64,000 nt of DNA. Origin: Moniliella sp. 'wahieum' (taxonomy: Eukaryota). The stretch covers positions 62,001 to 126,000 of the forward strand of contig RSEE01000086.1 of the NCBI GenBank assembly GCA_003971905.1, read 5' to 3'. How positions within the stretch are numbered: position 1 is the first letter of the stretch; each line of letters begins with the position of its first letter. The notes below the pieces were generated by a model. It had not been told where the DNA came from. It searched no databases and was given only the letters and a program-made list of their open reading frames with translations. Below, in pieces: positions 62,029 through 64,000 of the stretch. The position numbers were made by a program, and so were the translations under genes.

Positions 62029-63935
62029 ATGACGTCGCCCGGAAACTACCACGGCGAGCTGCCCACCCACAACCCCGAGTACAAGCTGCTCGGCCAGAAG
62101 CTGTCCCTCGTCTCGGAGGCCGGCGTGGACCTGAACCGCGTCGCCATCAAGCGCAATGCCGCCATCGCCATCCTGTACGAAGAGGCTGTGCGCAAGGAGG
62201 GTGCTGTTATTGCCCGCTCCGGCGCCTTGATCAACTACTCGGGCAAGAAGATGGGCCGCTCGCCCAAGGACAAGCGCATCGTCTACGAAGAGACGTCCAA
62301 GGACGATGTCTGGGTACGTCTTTTTTGTTCTTTCCCTTCCCTTTCCCTTTCCCTTTCCCTTTCTCTTTCCCTTCTTCTTGGCTGTCGTTGCCTGGCCCCT
62401 CTTTGCATTGACTTCCCTTGGCTCACACCCTGCTCTCGGCTCTCTCTTTTTCTACACCACAGTGGGGGCCGGTTAACATCAAGATGGACGAGCACACCTT
62501 TGAGATCAACCGTGAGCGGGCGATCGACTACCTCAACACACGCAAGGATGTGTATGTGTTTGATGGGTATGCTGGCTGGGACCCCAAGTACCGGATCAAG
62601 GTGCGGGTCATCTGTGCGCGAGCGTACCATGCGCTGTTTATGCACAACATGCTCATCCGTCCCACGCGCGAAGAACTGGAGAATTGGGGTGAGCCCGACC
62701 TGACCATTTTCAATGCCGGCCAGTTCCCTGCCAACCGGTTCACTGCCGGCATGACCTCCAACCTCGGTTGAGATCAACTTTAAGCGCAAGGAGATGGTCA
62801 TCCTGGGTACCGAGTACGCTGCGAGATGAAGAAAGGTGTGTTTACCTACATGCATTACCTGCAGCCCGTCAAGTTTGGCCAGCTTTCGCTCCACTCTTCG
62901 TGCAACCAAGGCCCCAAGGGGGATGTGACGCTCTTCTTTGGTCTTTCCGGCACGGGCAAGACGACGCTGTCGGCGGACCCGGCCCGGTTGCTCATCGGAG
63001 ACGACGAGCATGTGTGGTCGGACGGGGGTGTTCAACATTGAGGGAGGCTGCTACGCCAAGTGCATTGATCTCAGCGCTGAAAAGGAGCCCGAGATTTACA
63101 ATGCGATCCGGTTTGGCTCGATTCTGGAGAATGTGGTGTTTTCCCGCTTGGGGCGGCAAGAGCTGTACGACGATGCGAGTTTGACGGAGAACACACGGTG
63201 CGCCTATCCCATTGAGTACATCCCCAATGCCAAGATCCCGTGCATCGCCGACGCACCGCCGAGCAACATTGTGATGCTCACCTGCGATGCATACGGTGTT
63301 CTCCCGCCCGTGTCCAAGCTGACCACCGAACAGGCCCAGTACCACTTTATCGCGGCTACACGTCCAAGACGCCCGGTACCGAGGATGGCGTGGCAGAACC
63401 GCTGCCGACCTTCTCCACGTGCTACGGACAGCCGTTCATTGTGCTCCACCCGGGCCGGTACGCAGCCATGCTGGCGGAGCGCATGGCCAAGTACAACGTG
63501 GACTGCTGGTTGGTCAACACGGGTTGGACGGGGGGCAAGTTTGGGGTGGGCAAGCGGTGCCCGCTCAAGTACACGCGTGCTATCATTGATGCCATTCATG
63601 ATGGCACGCTGGCCCAGGCCGAGTACGAGACGTTGCCCGTGTTTAGTCTGCAGGTGCCCAAGGCGGTCAAGGGGGTACCGTCGGTGCTGCTCAACCCGCG
63701 CAACGTCTGGCCGGACAAGTGGGAGTTTGACTTGGAAGTGAATGCGCTGGCTCGCAAGTTCAACAAGGCGTTTGGCAAGTACGCTGCCGATGTCCATGAA
63801 ACGGTGGCTGCCGCAGGGCCTAGGACGCAGTTTGTCCGCCCCAAGTGGCTCACTGCAACCAATGTGCTTTCGGCAGTGGGCTTGCTGGCCATTGGCGGCG
63901 CGGCCTGGCACCGTTTCAGGCAAGCAAACAACTGA
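62029..63935 (+). CDS. PCK1: Phosphoenolpyruvate carboxykinase (ATP); intron 62314-62462; frameshifted; C-terminal hydrophobic extension
   Basis: [89 protein letters not shown]. Confidence 0.97.
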
Positions 63936-64000
63936 GCCACCGAGGCTGGCCGCCTAGAGGCTCCCGATGACCTTCCTCTATCGGTCGTCGAAGGAGGCTG

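Overview
GC-rich eukaryotic DNA from a fungus, most likely a basidiomycete and possibly a smut relative (Ustilaginomycotina); the taxonomy is inferred from short GT-AG introns with CTAAC/CTGAC branch points, low intron density and protein similarity recalled from memory. The window is gene-dense housekeeping chromatin. Recognisable genes: ZW10/Dsl1, a Bem3-like PX-PH-RhoGAP, a stand-alone response regulator, an AGC kinase, a Mug60-like KH protein, PRS, ISD11, CDC48, signal peptide peptidase, dynactin p62, NAD(P)HX epimerase, DOT1, FAU1/MTHFS, a Fus1-like TM-SH3 protein, RQT4/TRIP4, SDE2 and PCK1, plus a few hypotheticals. Nearly every gene carries 1-bp frameshifts, most simply explained as unpolished long-read assembly errors, so proteins were stitched across frames by eye and many ends are approximate. 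Top leads: (1) a ZW10/Dsl1 whose acidic-tryptophan COPI-binding lasso is expanded to about 2,200 aa of repeats; (2) a PEP carboxykinase with an apparent C-terminal tail anchor; (3) UPR-type elements upstream of the adjacent CDC48 and SPP genes; (4) a kinase-less receiver-domain protein; (5) a dispersed (GTTCAAC)n motif in intergenic or unassigned DNA. No rRNA, tRNA, CRISPR array or intact transposon was seen.
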